From assembly GCA_900315755.1 (NCBI GenBank), contig ONAI01000012.1, forward strand, positions 9,064 through 73,063: DNA of 64,000 nt, read 5' to 3'. This stretch comes from an uncultured Ruminococcus sp. Its GTDB lineage: Bacteria; Bacillota; Clostridia; Oscillospirales; Ruminococcaceae. Both the position numbers and the translations under genes were made by a program. Positions 36,522 to 45,493 of the stretch are shown piece after piece (position 1 is the first letter of the stretch; each line of letters starts with the position of its first letter). The notes below the pieces were generated by a model. It saw only the letters and a list, made by a program, of their open reading frames with translations. It ran no database searches and had not been told where the DNA came from.

Positions 36522-38507
36522 TTATCTGATTTTTGAGCCTACCGGGATACTGTCGTCAACAAAGATAACTTTAATGCCGTCCGGAGTGTCAGCGGCGCAT
36601 ATCATTCCGTTGCTGTCTACACCGCGGAGCTTGACCGGCTTGAGGTTTGCGATCAGCTGAAGCTTCTTTCCGATAAGATCCTCAGGCGAGTAATACTGAG
36701 CGATACCTGAGACTACCTGTCTTCCGCCCATACCGTCATCGAGCTGTAAGCAGAGCAGCTTATCCGATTTCTTGACTTTTTCACAGGAAATTACCTTTGC
36801 AACTCTTATCTCGACCTTTGCGAAATCGTCGATAGTGATCTCAGGTGCAAGCTCGATAGGTGCTGCGGACTCTTCGCCCTTTTCCTCAGCTGAAAGCTTA
36901 GCCTGAGCAGCCTCCATGTTTTTAGTGAGGATAGCGTTGAGTTCGTCGATTTCCTTGTCAACATCAATTCGAGGGAAGAGTATCTCTCCCTTGTGTACAG
37001 TTACGTCAGCCGGAAGAACATCGAATCTGCCGAGGTTCTCGTACTTGACATCCTCTGCGGAAGCGCCGATCTGTTCCCATACCTTTGGCATAGTTGTAGG
37101 CATGAAAGGTGCAAGCAGAGCAGATGTTATTCTGATAGCTTCGAGGAGATTGTAAAGAACAGCTGCGAGACGCGGCTTCATAGCCTCGTCCTTGCCAAGC
37201 TTCCACGGCTCTGTTTCATCGATGTACTTGTTAGCGCGGTTCACGCCCTCGAAAATAGTTTCAAGAGCCTGCTTTATCTTGGTTTCATCAACATATTTAT
37301 CTACCTCAGGAAGGAGTCCGAGGATAACCGATCTGAAATCGTCGTCAATGGCAGCAGCTTCTCTTTCAGCCGGAAGAGTTCCGCCGAAATACTTATCAGC
37401 CATAGCAACGGTACGCGAAACGAGGTTTCCGAATCCGTTTGCGAGATCGGAATTTATACGGTTCATCATTATCTCGTTTGAGAAGAGGCTGTCAGCGCCA
37501 AGAGCCATTTCACGAAGAATGTGGTATCTTATCGAGTCGCAGCCATAGCGCTCGCCGAGAATGAACGGGTCAACAACGTTTCCGAGAGACTTAGACATCT
37601 TTACGCTTTCGCCGCTTTTGCTCTGCATTGTGATATATCCGTGAACAGCAAGGTGCTTAGGAAGCGGAAGTTCAAGTGCCATGAGCATTGCCGGCCATAT
37701 AATAGCATGGAATCGCATGATGTCCTTAGCAACCATGTGTACATCTGCCGGCCAGAACTTTTCAAAGTCGCTGTGAGCATCGTTGAGATAGCCGAGAGCA
37801 GTTATATAGTTTGAAAGTGCGTCTATCCATACATAGACAACGTGTCCCTCATCGAATGTTACCGGAACGCCCCACTTGAAGGTAGTTCTTGAAACGCAGA
37901 GATCTTCAAGGCCTGGCTTTATGAAGTTGTTTACGAGTTCCTGTGCGCGTGTCTTCGGGCGGAGGTAATCGGTCTCAGTGAGAAGTTTTTCTATTCTTTC
38001 TGCGAAAGGAGACATTTTGAAGAAGTAAGCCTCTTCTTTGGCGAATTTTACAGGTCTGTGACACTCAGGACAGCAGCCGTTCTCATCGAGCTGAGAGTCT
38101 GTCCAGAAGCTTTCGCAAGGAGTGCAGTATTTTCCTGAATACTCGCCTTTGTATATATAGCCTCTGTCATAGAGTTCCTTGAATATCTTCTGAACGCTTT
38201 CAACGTGGTAATCGTCTGTTGTACGGATATAGCGGTCGTAGGATATGTTCATATATTTCCAGAGTTTCTGGAACTGTTCAACGATAACGTCAACGTATTC
38301 TTTAGGAGAAACACCGGCTTCGGCAGCCTTCTGCTCAATTTTAAGGCCATGCTCATCAGTGCCGGTAAGGAACATTACATCATAACCCTGCATTCGCTTA
38401 TAACGTGCGATAGAATCGCAGGCTACTGTTGTATAGCAGTGACCGATATGCGGATTTCCCGATGGATAATAGATCGGTGTTGTGATGTAAAAAGGTTTCT
38501 TTGACAT
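36522..38507 (-). CDS. metG: Methionine--tRNA ligase with C-terminal tRNA-binding (EMAP/Trbp111-like) domain
   Basis: Start MSKKPFYITTPIYYPSGNPHIGH (HIGH motif), KMSKS motif, zinc knuckle CPECH. Confidence 0.95.
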   Translation of the reverse strand: MSKKPFYITTPIYYPSGNPHIGHCYTTVACDSIARYKRMQGYDVMFLTGTDEHGLKIEQKAAEAGVSPKEYVDVIVEQFQKLWKYMNISYDRYIRTTDDYHVESVQKIFKELYDRGYIYKGEYSGKYCTPCESFWTDSQLDENGCCPECHRPVKFAKEEAYFFKMSPFAERIEKLLTETDYLRPKTRAQELVNNFIKPGLEDLCVSRTTFKWGVPVTFDEGHVVYVWIDALSNYITALGYLNDAHSDFEKFWPADVHMVAKDIMRFHAIIWPAMLMALELPLPKHLAVHGYITMQSKSGESVKMSKSLGNVVDPFILGERYGCDSIRYHILREMALGADSLFSNEIMMNRINSDLANGFGNLVSRTVAMADKYFGGTLPAEREAAAIDDDFRSVILGLLPEVDKYVDETKIKQALETIFEGVNRANKYIDETEPWKLGKDEAMKPRLAAVLYNLLEAIRITSALLAPFMPTTMPKVWEQIGASAEDVKYENLGRFDVLPADVTVHKGEILFPRIDVDKEIDELNAILTKNMEAAQAKLSAEEKGEESAAPIELAPEITIDDFAKVEIRVAKVISCEKVKKSDKLLCLQLDDGMGGRQVVSGIAQYYSPEDLIGKKLQLIANLKPVKLRGVDSNGMICAADTPDGIKVIFVDDSIPVGSKIR

Positions 38508-38632
38508 TATAATCGCTCCAATCATTAGTGATAAATATATTATACACCATTTTTTTCGATTTGTCGAGAGGTATTTTATATTTCGTGTAAACTCAATAAA
38601 CACCTTATCGCAGGCATTGTTATGAAATATCT

Positions 38633-38661
38633 AAAAAAGCCCCGTTCATATGAACGAGGCT
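38633..38661 (-). terminator. Intrinsic terminator after the esterase gene
   Basis: Minus strand reads AGCCTCGTTCA-TA-TGAACGGGGCT followed by T6. Confidence 0.7.
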
Positions 38662-38682
38662 TTGACGTTTCTGAGTCTTTAA

Positions 38683-40062
38683 TTATTTCCTTTTAGCCCA
38701 GTATTCTTCGATAGATACAGGCTCCTGACCGTTATTTAAGCTTGAGAGATAAGCTGTATATGAAAGTATTTTTGTAGCATCGGCAGTAGTCCACCTGCCG
38801 TTTTTGTCAATATCGGCAGCTTTCTGCTGAAGCTTTGTAAGGATAGACTTCGGAGCAGTTGGATTTGCAAGTGCGCCGACTTCTCTGAGAGCGAGAGTTG
38901 CATCGGCAGTAGTATACCTGTTATCAAGGTTAACATCACCGTAGAGAGTGCCGGCAACCTTTTTGTAGGTCTCAAGAGCGACCTCAGGATAATTATTCTT
39001 GTCTTTGAGTTTGCTGAAGAGGTTTGTGTAAGTATTGTTTCCGAAGTGAAGATCGCCTATGGTATCAAGGATAGCAGCGGCGATAGCAAGGTGACCTTTC
39101 TGGTTAGGATGAAAATCCTTCTGATTGCCTGAGAGCTGGATATTTGTGAAATAGTAAGAATGACCGGGATCGTTTTTATTATATTCACCTGTTTCAGTAG
39201 CTGTGAATTCATAGAATACATCTGCTACCTTTACGTTGTCGGCTTTTTCGGCATTACTATTGAGTGTTTCGCGGAATGTATCAAGTACCTTATGGAAGTT
39301 CATGCTGAGAATGTCAAGGAGATCTTTATATCCGGCAGAATTACCGAAACGGTTCTGAATATATGAAGGATCAAACTGTAAAGGCTGATAGATAGTCTGA
39401 AGGATTATCTGTGCGTTGCTGTTTATGCTTCTGAGTTCGTTGATAGCGGAATTGATATTCGGTATAATATCAGTAGAAATAACGCATGGCTCATCAATTG
39501 TTCCGGGAAGACCTATTTCTCCGCAGATCCTTTTTATCGGTATATCGCCGGCTCTATTGTAGTCGATCTTGCCGTCTTTCATGATATAAGCCTTGATCTT
39601 GTTCAGATCTATGAGTTCTAAAAGTGCGGAAATCCCGGGAGTTTCCGGAATATCAGCAGCTGTTTTGCCGTCTGTGAGGAAGTTCTTTTCAACTGCGTAT
39701 TCAAGGAATTCCTTTGAGGCATGGCGCATCATATCGTTACCGCCTATGGAGATGACGATATATTCAGCGTCCTTTACCTTTTTCTTTTCTGAGTCATTAA
39801 GATTCTTGATAACTTCGAGCATATCCTTGGAAGTATCACCTTTATGAGCGAAGTTATCGACATTGCCGCCGAGGTAATCAGCACAAAGCTGACCGTAATT
39901 GTATTCTGAGCTGCTAAGACCATATCCGGCTGCGATACTGTCGCCGAAAAGTACAAGATCATTATCGGTATCCTTTGATTCACCGGCAGCACATACATTG
40001 ATCGAAGCCACAGAAGCAGACATCATAGAAGCTGCAAGTAAAAATGAAATGATTTTTTTCAT
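38683..40062 (-). CDS. Secreted SGNH/GDSL hydrolase (esterase) with C-terminal dockerin
   Basis: Signal peptide, GDSIAAGYG block I, GGND block, and C-terminal GDVNLDNRYTTADATLALR / DIDKNGRWTTADATKILS dockerin segments. Confidence 0.8.
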   Translation of the reverse strand: MKKIISFLLAASMMSASVASINVCAAGESKDTDNDLVLFGDSIAAGYGLSSSEYNYGQLCADYLGGNVDNFAHKGDTSKDMLEVIKNLNDSEKKKVKDAEYIVISIGGNDMMRHASKEFLEYAVEKNFLTDGKTAADIPETPGISALLELIDLNKIKAYIMKDGKIDYNRAGDIPIKRICGEIGLPGTIDEPCVISTDIIPNINSAINELRSINSNAQIILQTIYQPLQFDPSYIQNRFGNSAGYKDLLDILSMNFHKVLDTFRETLNSNAEKADNVKVADVFYEFTATETGEYNKNDPGHSYYFTNIQLSGNQKDFHPNQKGHLAIAAAILDTIGDLHFGNNTYTNLFSKLKDKNNYPEVALETYKKVAGTLYGDVNLDNRYTTADATLALREVGALANPTAPKSILTKLQQKAADIDKNGRWTTADATKILSYTAYLSSLNNGQEPVSIEEYWAKRK

Positions 40063-40172
40063 AAATAATTATCCTTTCGTATAAACGTTGGCATTATATT
40101 GTAAAGAATTTGCACTCTCCGAACGGAGTGCAGGGCAATAACCGTCTTATAGCGGTTGTTGAATACAGATTA

Positions 40173-40201
40173 ATTATAGTTCATGAGATGCGAAAAGTCA
40201 A
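40173..40201 (-). promoter_or_regulatory. Esterase gene promoter (TTGACT-17-TATAAT)
   Basis: Minus-strand hexamers at 40201-40196 and 40178-40173. Confidence 0.55.
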
Positions 40202-40222
40202 TAGGAAAAAGCCTCCTGATAC

Positions 40223-40969
40223 TCAGCAGCAGGTGACAGCCGCTATTGAAATATTGTCTTTGCTCTGGTTTTCAGAAGCCTTATTAAGCAGCATTTCAAG
40301 ACGCTCCGGAAGACTTTTCGGCAGTTCCATTATCTCTTCCATATCATAGGTTGAAACATAATCGGAAAGGCCATCGCTGCACAGTATCAGGACGTCACCG
40401 AATTCAACGCCGCCTTCAATAGGGGATATATCAACTTTAGGCGGAGTATTGACATTGCCGAATGCAGGGAAAATGATATTGCGGTGAACGTGGGTGCGAC
40501 GTTCCTCTAAAGTTATCGTGCCTTCTTCATAAAGCAGCTGTACAAGCGACTGATCGCGTGAGATCTGGGTTATTCTTCCGCCGCGAAATCGGTAAAGTCT
40601 TGAATCTCCGACGTTGAATGTTGTGATAATGCCTTTTTCGTCAACAGCTATACCGCAGAGAGTAGCCTGCATATTATGACTGTCGGGATTTTCAGCACTG
40701 AACTGTGCGAGCCTTTCGTGGATAGCAAGGAGCTCAGCTGAAAGATCAGTACGGCAGTTGTAGTGTATCTCACGTATCATTTCAAGACACATTTTTGAAG
40801 CTAATTCGCCGGAAAGTTCGCCTGAAACGCCGTCTGAAACGGCGGCGAAGAAAGGCGGATCGAGTTCCTGTTCGGAAGCACCTGAATCGAATACCTCCTT
40901 GCCGATGAGGAGAGCATCTTCGTTATGTGGCATTATGCCTTTACTGGTTATACCGCAGCAGTAGTACAT
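40223..40969 (-). CDS. PP2C-family Ser/Thr protein phosphatase
   Basis: NEDALLI, AAVSDGVSG, GDSRLYR and LCSDGLSD metal-binding motifs. Confidence 0.85.
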   Translation of the reverse strand: MYYCCGITSKGIMPHNEDALLIGKEVFDSGASEQELDPPFFAAVSDGVSGELSGELASKMCLEMIREIHYNCRTDLSAELLAIHERLAQFSAENPDSHNMQATLCGIAVDEKGIITTFNVGDSRLYRFRGGRITQISRDQSLVQLLYEEGTITLEERRTHVHRNIIFPAFGNVNTPPKVDISPIEGGVEFGDVLILCSDGLSDYVSTYDMEEIMELPKSLPERLEMLLNKASENQSKDNISIAAVTCC

Positions 40970-40981
40970 ATATAAAACCTC

Positions 40982-41749
40982 TTAGTGAATATCGTAGAAT
41001 TCCATACCATTGCGGCAGGTAATGTCGAGCAGTTCCTGAACCGGGATCTGTTTGATCTCGGCGGCTTTCTCAGCTGTACAGGCTATCATTGAACTGTCGC
41101 AGCGTTTTCCGCGGAATGGTACAGGTGCCATATAAGGACAATCCGTTTCAAGGAGCAGTCTTTCGAGAGGAACGGCTTCAAGAGCGCGGATAGCTTTTTT
41201 GGCGTTGTTGAAGGTAAGCACACCGGTGAAGCCGATATACATACCGAGAGAGATTATTTCAGCCGCAGTTTCAGCAGAGCCGCTGAAACAGTGCACAACT
41301 CCGCGCGGCTTGTATTCGCGGAGAATATCAACAGTATCCTGACAGGCATCGCGGCTGTGAACTATTATCGGAAGATCGAGTTCTTTTGCAAGTTCTATCT
41401 GTTCACGGAAGAGTTTTATCTGCTTGCCGCGGTCGTAGCCGTCGTAGTGATAATCGAGACCTATCTCACCGACTGCTTTCATTTTATTGCTTCCGGTTAT
41501 TGCGTTCCTGACTGTATCGAGATAATCTGCCGGAGTTGAATCAGCGACTTCCGGGTGAACACCGGCTGCTGAGAATATATATCCGTACTCCTCGACGATA
41601 GCGGCATTTTCCGGAATATCATCAACTGTTGACGAAGCGAGCATTACGTAGCAAACTCCTTTTTCGGGAAGAGTGCGGAGAATTTCTGCGCGGTCGCTGT
41701 CGAAAGCATGATCTGCGTAATGAGCGTGAGTATCAAAAATATTGTTCAA
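40982..41749 (-). CDS. tatD: TatD family metal-dependent hydrolase
   Basis: FDTHAHY, GEIGLDYHY, IIVHSRDA, VVHCFSG and LLLETDCPY motifs. Confidence 0.9.
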   Translation of the reverse strand: MNNIFDTHAHYADHAFDSDRAEILRTLPEKGVCYVMLASSTVDDIPENAAIVEEYGYIFSAAGVHPEVADSTPADYLDTVRNAITGSNKMKAVGEIGLDYHYDGYDRGKQIKLFREQIELAKELDLPIIVHSRDACQDTVDILREYKPRGVVHCFSGSAETAAEIISLGMYIGFTGVLTFNNAKKAIRALEAVPLERLLLETDCPYMAPVPFRGKRCDSSMIACTAEKAAEIKQIPVQELLDITCRNGMEFYDIH

Positions 41750-42672
41750 TCGTCATCCCTCGATTTTCTGGTAGGTTCTTCAATAACTCCGAAATATTCT
41801 TCGGGCAGATTGCTGATGAAGTTTGAGCTTGGTATGAAGTCCTTTTCCGAATCTTCGCCGTCAATGATGATGGCGACAGAGATATTTGAGCCGAAGTTGA
41901 ACATATACTTGATGGCATCCTTGTACTTGTCGTAGTCAACGGCAGTAATATCGGTTGAAGTGGTAGCGTTGATGACCTCGGCAAAGTATCTGTCGAAGCT
42001 GCCTGCAATACGGTCGCCCTCAGAGCCGTTTATCATATAGCTGATGATCGTAGCGGCTTTGAATGAGCGCTCGGTCTCGCCGCCTTTGAATTTGTTGTAG
42101 GTGAGGTATTTTCTTATGTCCTTGGAATCAAGAGTCTGAACGGAGCCGTCGTTCTTATATCCGCCGAATTCGATGTCGACCGGATAGCTGACACCGCCGA
42201 AAATATCACAGACCTTTTCAAAGGTCTCAGGGGTGAATACCATATATTTGTCGATGTTTACGCCTATTACGTTCTGAACGAACGAAACGGCAGCCGGACC
42301 GCCGCCGGTCTCATATGATTCTTTCAGTGCTATCTGAGCATTTTCTTCCTGAGAGTAGTATATAGAGTTTGAAGGGATTCCGACTAAAAGCATATGCTTT
42401 TTATACGGAACTGAACGTACAAGCATGAAGGTCGCTGAAGCTTTATTAGCTTCCGGATCGTCAAGAATGAACAGGAGTGTGTGGCTGTCTTCCGGGGAAA
42501 TAGAGATACTGCCGTTCCTTGGCTGAGGCTCGCTCAGTTTTTCTTCGCCTTTTCTGAGGTAGTTATAGTAGATGAAGTAAGCTGCCCCTCCTATGATTAT
42601 CATACCTATGAAGATAGTAACGAGGAAAGGGATAGCGATACTGCCGGTTTTCTTTTTAGGTGCGTCTGACAT
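41746..42672 (-). CDS. Membrane-anchored LytR/CpsA/Psr-like protein (tentative)
   Basis: N-terminal TM helix and an LCP-like core (TLLFILDD...ATFMLVRSVP...LLVGIPSNS). The usual IPRD residues are not conserved. Confidence 0.35.
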   Translation of the reverse strand: MSDAPKKKTGSIAIPFLVTIFIGMIIIGGAAYFIYYNYLRKGEEKLSEPQPRNGSISISPEDSHTLLFILDDPEANKASATFMLVRSVPYKKHMLLVGIPSNSIYYSQEENAQIALKESYETGGGPAAVSFVQNVIGVNIDKYMVFTPETFEKVCDIFGGVSYPVDIEFGGYKNDGSVQTLDSKDIRKYLTYNKFKGGETERSFKAATIISYMINGSEGDRIAGSFDRYFAEVINATTSTDITAVDYDKYKDAIKYMFNFGSNISVAIIIDGEDSEKDFIPSSNFISNLPEEYFGVIEEPTRKSRDDD

Positions 42673-43056
42673 TTTTGTTCTCTCCTTGTATTATTATTGA
42701 TGTAAATAGTCAGTTCAGTGGTGCTGAACGTATTATTGACATAAGAAATTACGATTTGTATATCAAAGATATACTTAAATTATTCGTTTATGAATGAATA
42801 AAAAATATTTACAATGGATAAGTGTTTAAAACTAAACTGCAAAATACCATTTATCAACAAACTTTTCAACGCTTTCAACATGGAATAATACCGCTGAATG
42901 TTTAAACAGACAATTCAACAGTCTGTTGAAAAGCGAACAGACTTTCATTCAAAAACATACAAATCAGCAGAAAAATAAATTTTAATGTGTTATTTTAGGT
43001 AAATAAAACTTGAAAAATTCTGCGGATGTGTTATAATATTCATTAGACGTTGCTTT

Positions 43057-43740
43057 TTAGCCGATGAAAATATTTGTCATCTCATTGATATATTCGCGCA
43101 GAGCATTAACATCATTGCCGGTTATGTCGATGATCTTGTGAACATCCTCACAGTCGAAGCTTGCTATGCGGCAGTTGTTGTTTTTCATGCGGGATATAGT
43201 CTGACCTGTACCGGTACGCCATGCGTCCTTATTGAAGAATGCAATAGCAGTAGATGAATTGTCTGCCATGAAGAAATTACGGTCGCGGTAAAGATTCTTT
43301 GCCAAGCCGTTCTTCATATAGACCATATCCGGATCAGTGCAGGTGCACAGCAGAACATCACAGGAACGTTCAGTTTCTGTCAGAACAGCAAGATCTTTCT
43401 CACGGAAGAATAATGCGTGTTTCCGGAATGGCATAACACCGATGATACGAATTTCCTTGCCCGCTCTCTTCATATTCATTAGATGAGCGGCTGCCCAGAG
43501 ATCGGTTCCGGTAGCAAGTCCGTCGAAGAAGGTAGTATAACCGGCATCAAAAGCCATGTCGATATATCTGTTCAGCAGATACCTTACTCCGGCTGCGGTC
43601 ACTTTTAAATAAGAAGGATCGTTGTCGTAAGGGATGATGCTTTTTGCACGGTGCCCGGTTATGCAGACTGTTTTCTGCGGCTCGGGAATGAATTGTTCGG
43701 GTGAAGATACCCAGATTCCTGAATTCAGAGATCTGAACAA
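43057..43740 (-). CDS. SLOG/DUF1273 (YpsA-like) family protein
   Basis: VCITGHR, GLATGTDLWAA and IGVMPF motifs, consistent with a Rossmann-like SLOG fold. Confidence 0.5.
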   Translation of the reverse strand: MFRSLNSGIWVSSPEQFIPEPQKTVCITGHRAKSIIPYDNDPSYLKVTAAGVRYLLNRYIDMAFDAGYTTFFDGLATGTDLWAAAHLMNMKRAGKEIRIIGVMPFRKHALFFREKDLAVLTETERSCDVLLCTCTDPDMVYMKNGLAKNLYRDRNFFMADNSSTAIAFFNKDAWRTGTGQTISRMKNNNCRIASFDCEDVHKIIDITGNDVNALREYINEMTNIFIG

Positions 43741-43868
43741 TTTACCACCTCCAAAAGATCATTACACTAAATTATAACATACAATAAAATATATTTCAAG
43801 GCGTTTTTACATATGTAATGAAATTTTTTGCTGAAAACGTTTTGTGGACGAAAGGAATTGATAACAGA

Positions 43869-45011
43869 ATGAAACCGTATCTGAAAAGAGCATGGGCTGA
43901 GGTCTCTCTGCCGCAGCTGAGAAAGAATATGGAGATAATACGCGGTCTTAATTCTGAAAAAACGGAGATAATGGCTGTTGTTAAGGCGGATGCATATGGT
44001 CACGGTTACGACAGGGTATGCCGCTGTCTTACTGAGGATTGCGGGATCAGGTATTTTGCAGTTTCAAATCTTGATGAGGCTATCTCTGTAAGGGAACTTT
44101 GTCCTGAGGCTGAGATACTGATACTTGGCTATACTCCGCCGGAATATGCTCATGAGATCTCTGAATACAACATCATACAGGGCGTTGTATCTATGGAATA
44201 TGCTCTTGCATTGTGCCAAAATAGTCCTGAAAGGGTACGCTGTCATGTCAAGATAGATACGGGCATGGGCAGAATAGGTCTGAGGTATGGAACACCGGCT
44301 GAATGTGCTGAGGAAGTCGTAAGAATGTGCAATATTGAGGGGCTTTCAGTTGAGGGTATATATACTCACTTTGCTGTTGCCGACAGCGATTCAGCTGATA
44401 ATATCGCGTTCACGGATCATCAGGAGAAGTTCATAACGGATACTTATGATGAGCTTGTAAAGCGCGGAGTTAAGCTTCCGCACGTACATTTTATGAACAG
44501 TGCGGCGACCTGTTACCGCAATACGCCGAAGAGCACTCTTTCGAGAGCAGGGATCATTATTTATGGTCTGCATCCTGATATAAGTCTTGATATACCTGAG
44601 GGACTTTCACCTGTTATGGAGCTTAAAGCCGTTATCTCACAGGTCAAGACAGTGCCTGCCGGAACCTGCATAAGCTACGGAAGGACATTCGTTTCCGAAC
44701 ATGAAATGCGAATAGCAACGGTAACCATAGGATATGCCGACGGCTATTCGAGACTTCTCAGTTCAAAGGGGGAGATACTTGTTCACGGAAAGCGCTGCCG
44801 CATTACAGGAAGAGTTTGCATGGATCAGCTTATGATCGATGTTTCTGAGGTTCCGGAAGCAAGATCCGGTGATATAGTTACCCTTATCGGAAGAGACGGG
44901 GATGATATGATAACTGCCGATGAGCTTGCCGCAGTATGCGGTACTATCGGATATGAAGTAGTATGCGGTATCTCAAAGAGAGTGCCTCGTATATATATCG
45001 ACAATAAATGA
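43869..45011 (+). CDS. alr: Alanine racemase
   Basis: AVVKADAYGHG PLP-lysine motif, VCMDQLMIDV, 380 aa from ATG 43869. Confidence 0.9.
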   Translation: MKPYLKRAWAEVSLPQLRKNMEIIRGLNSEKTEIMAVVKADAYGHGYDRVCRCLTEDCGIRYFAVSNLDEAISVRELCPEAEILILGYTPPEYAHEISEYNIIQGVVSMEYALALCQNSPERVRCHVKIDTGMGRIGLRYGTPAECAEEVVRMCNIEGLSVEGIYTHFAVADSDSADNIAFTDHQEKFITDTYDELVKRGVKLPHVHFMNSAATCYRNTPKSTLSRAGIIIYGLHPDISLDIPEGLSPVMELKAVISQVKTVPAGTCISYGRTFVSEHEMRIATVTIGYADGYSRLLSSKGEILVHGKRCRITGRVCMDQLMIDVSEVPEARSGDIVTLIGRDGDDMITADELAAVCGTIGYEVVCGISKRVPRIYIDNK

Positions 45012-45030
45012 TTTAAGGAGAATAAATGCA

Positions 45031-45441
45031 ATGGATGTTATGGAACTTACAAGAGAACTCGGAAAGGCTATCCAGCAGGATGACCGTTATATCGCTTATA
45101 ATCTTGCAAAACAGGTGAATGATAATGATGCTGAACTCAATGCGGATATTGAAAAGTTCGATGCTCTCCGCAGTGAACTCAACGAGATCATGCGAAAGGA
45201 CGTTCAGGCTGAGGATACCGATAAGCTCAAGGAACTCGATGAGAGCATCAAGGCTCAGTACCAGAAGATAATCACAAACAAGAATATGGTAGTATTCCAG
45301 GCTGCACAGAAGAGCCTCGAAACACTTATCAATAACATAAACCAAATCATAACCATGTGCGCTAACGGTGAAGATCCTGAGACCTGTCAGCCTACAAGCG
45401 GCTGCTCGGGAAGCTGTGCGACCTGCGGCGGATGCGGCTGA
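45031..45441 (+). CDS. YlbF/YmcA family regulator with C-terminal Cys-rich tail
   Basis: Helical UPF0342-type sequence ending in CQPTSGCSGSCATCGGCG. Confidence 0.6.
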   Translation: MDVMELTRELGKAIQQDDRYIAYNLAKQVNDNDAELNADIEKFDALRSELNEIMRKDVQAEDTDKLKELDESIKAQYQKIITNKNMVVFQAAQKSLETLINNINQIITMCANGEDPETCQPTSGCSGSCATCGGCG

Positions 45442-45493
45442 TAAATGCTGCGGCATACCTTAAAAACGAATTTCTGAAAAGGAGCATACGTGC

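Noticed and set aside
38604-38682. Possible T-box leader upstream of metG
   Set aside because: Only 79 nt are available, and they are occupied by the esterase terminator. No specifier or T-box sequence is present.
42851-42859. DnaA-box-like TTATCAACA in the AT-rich spacer (possible origin)
   Set aside because: It is a single imperfect box with no cluster of boxes and no dnaA/dnaN context.
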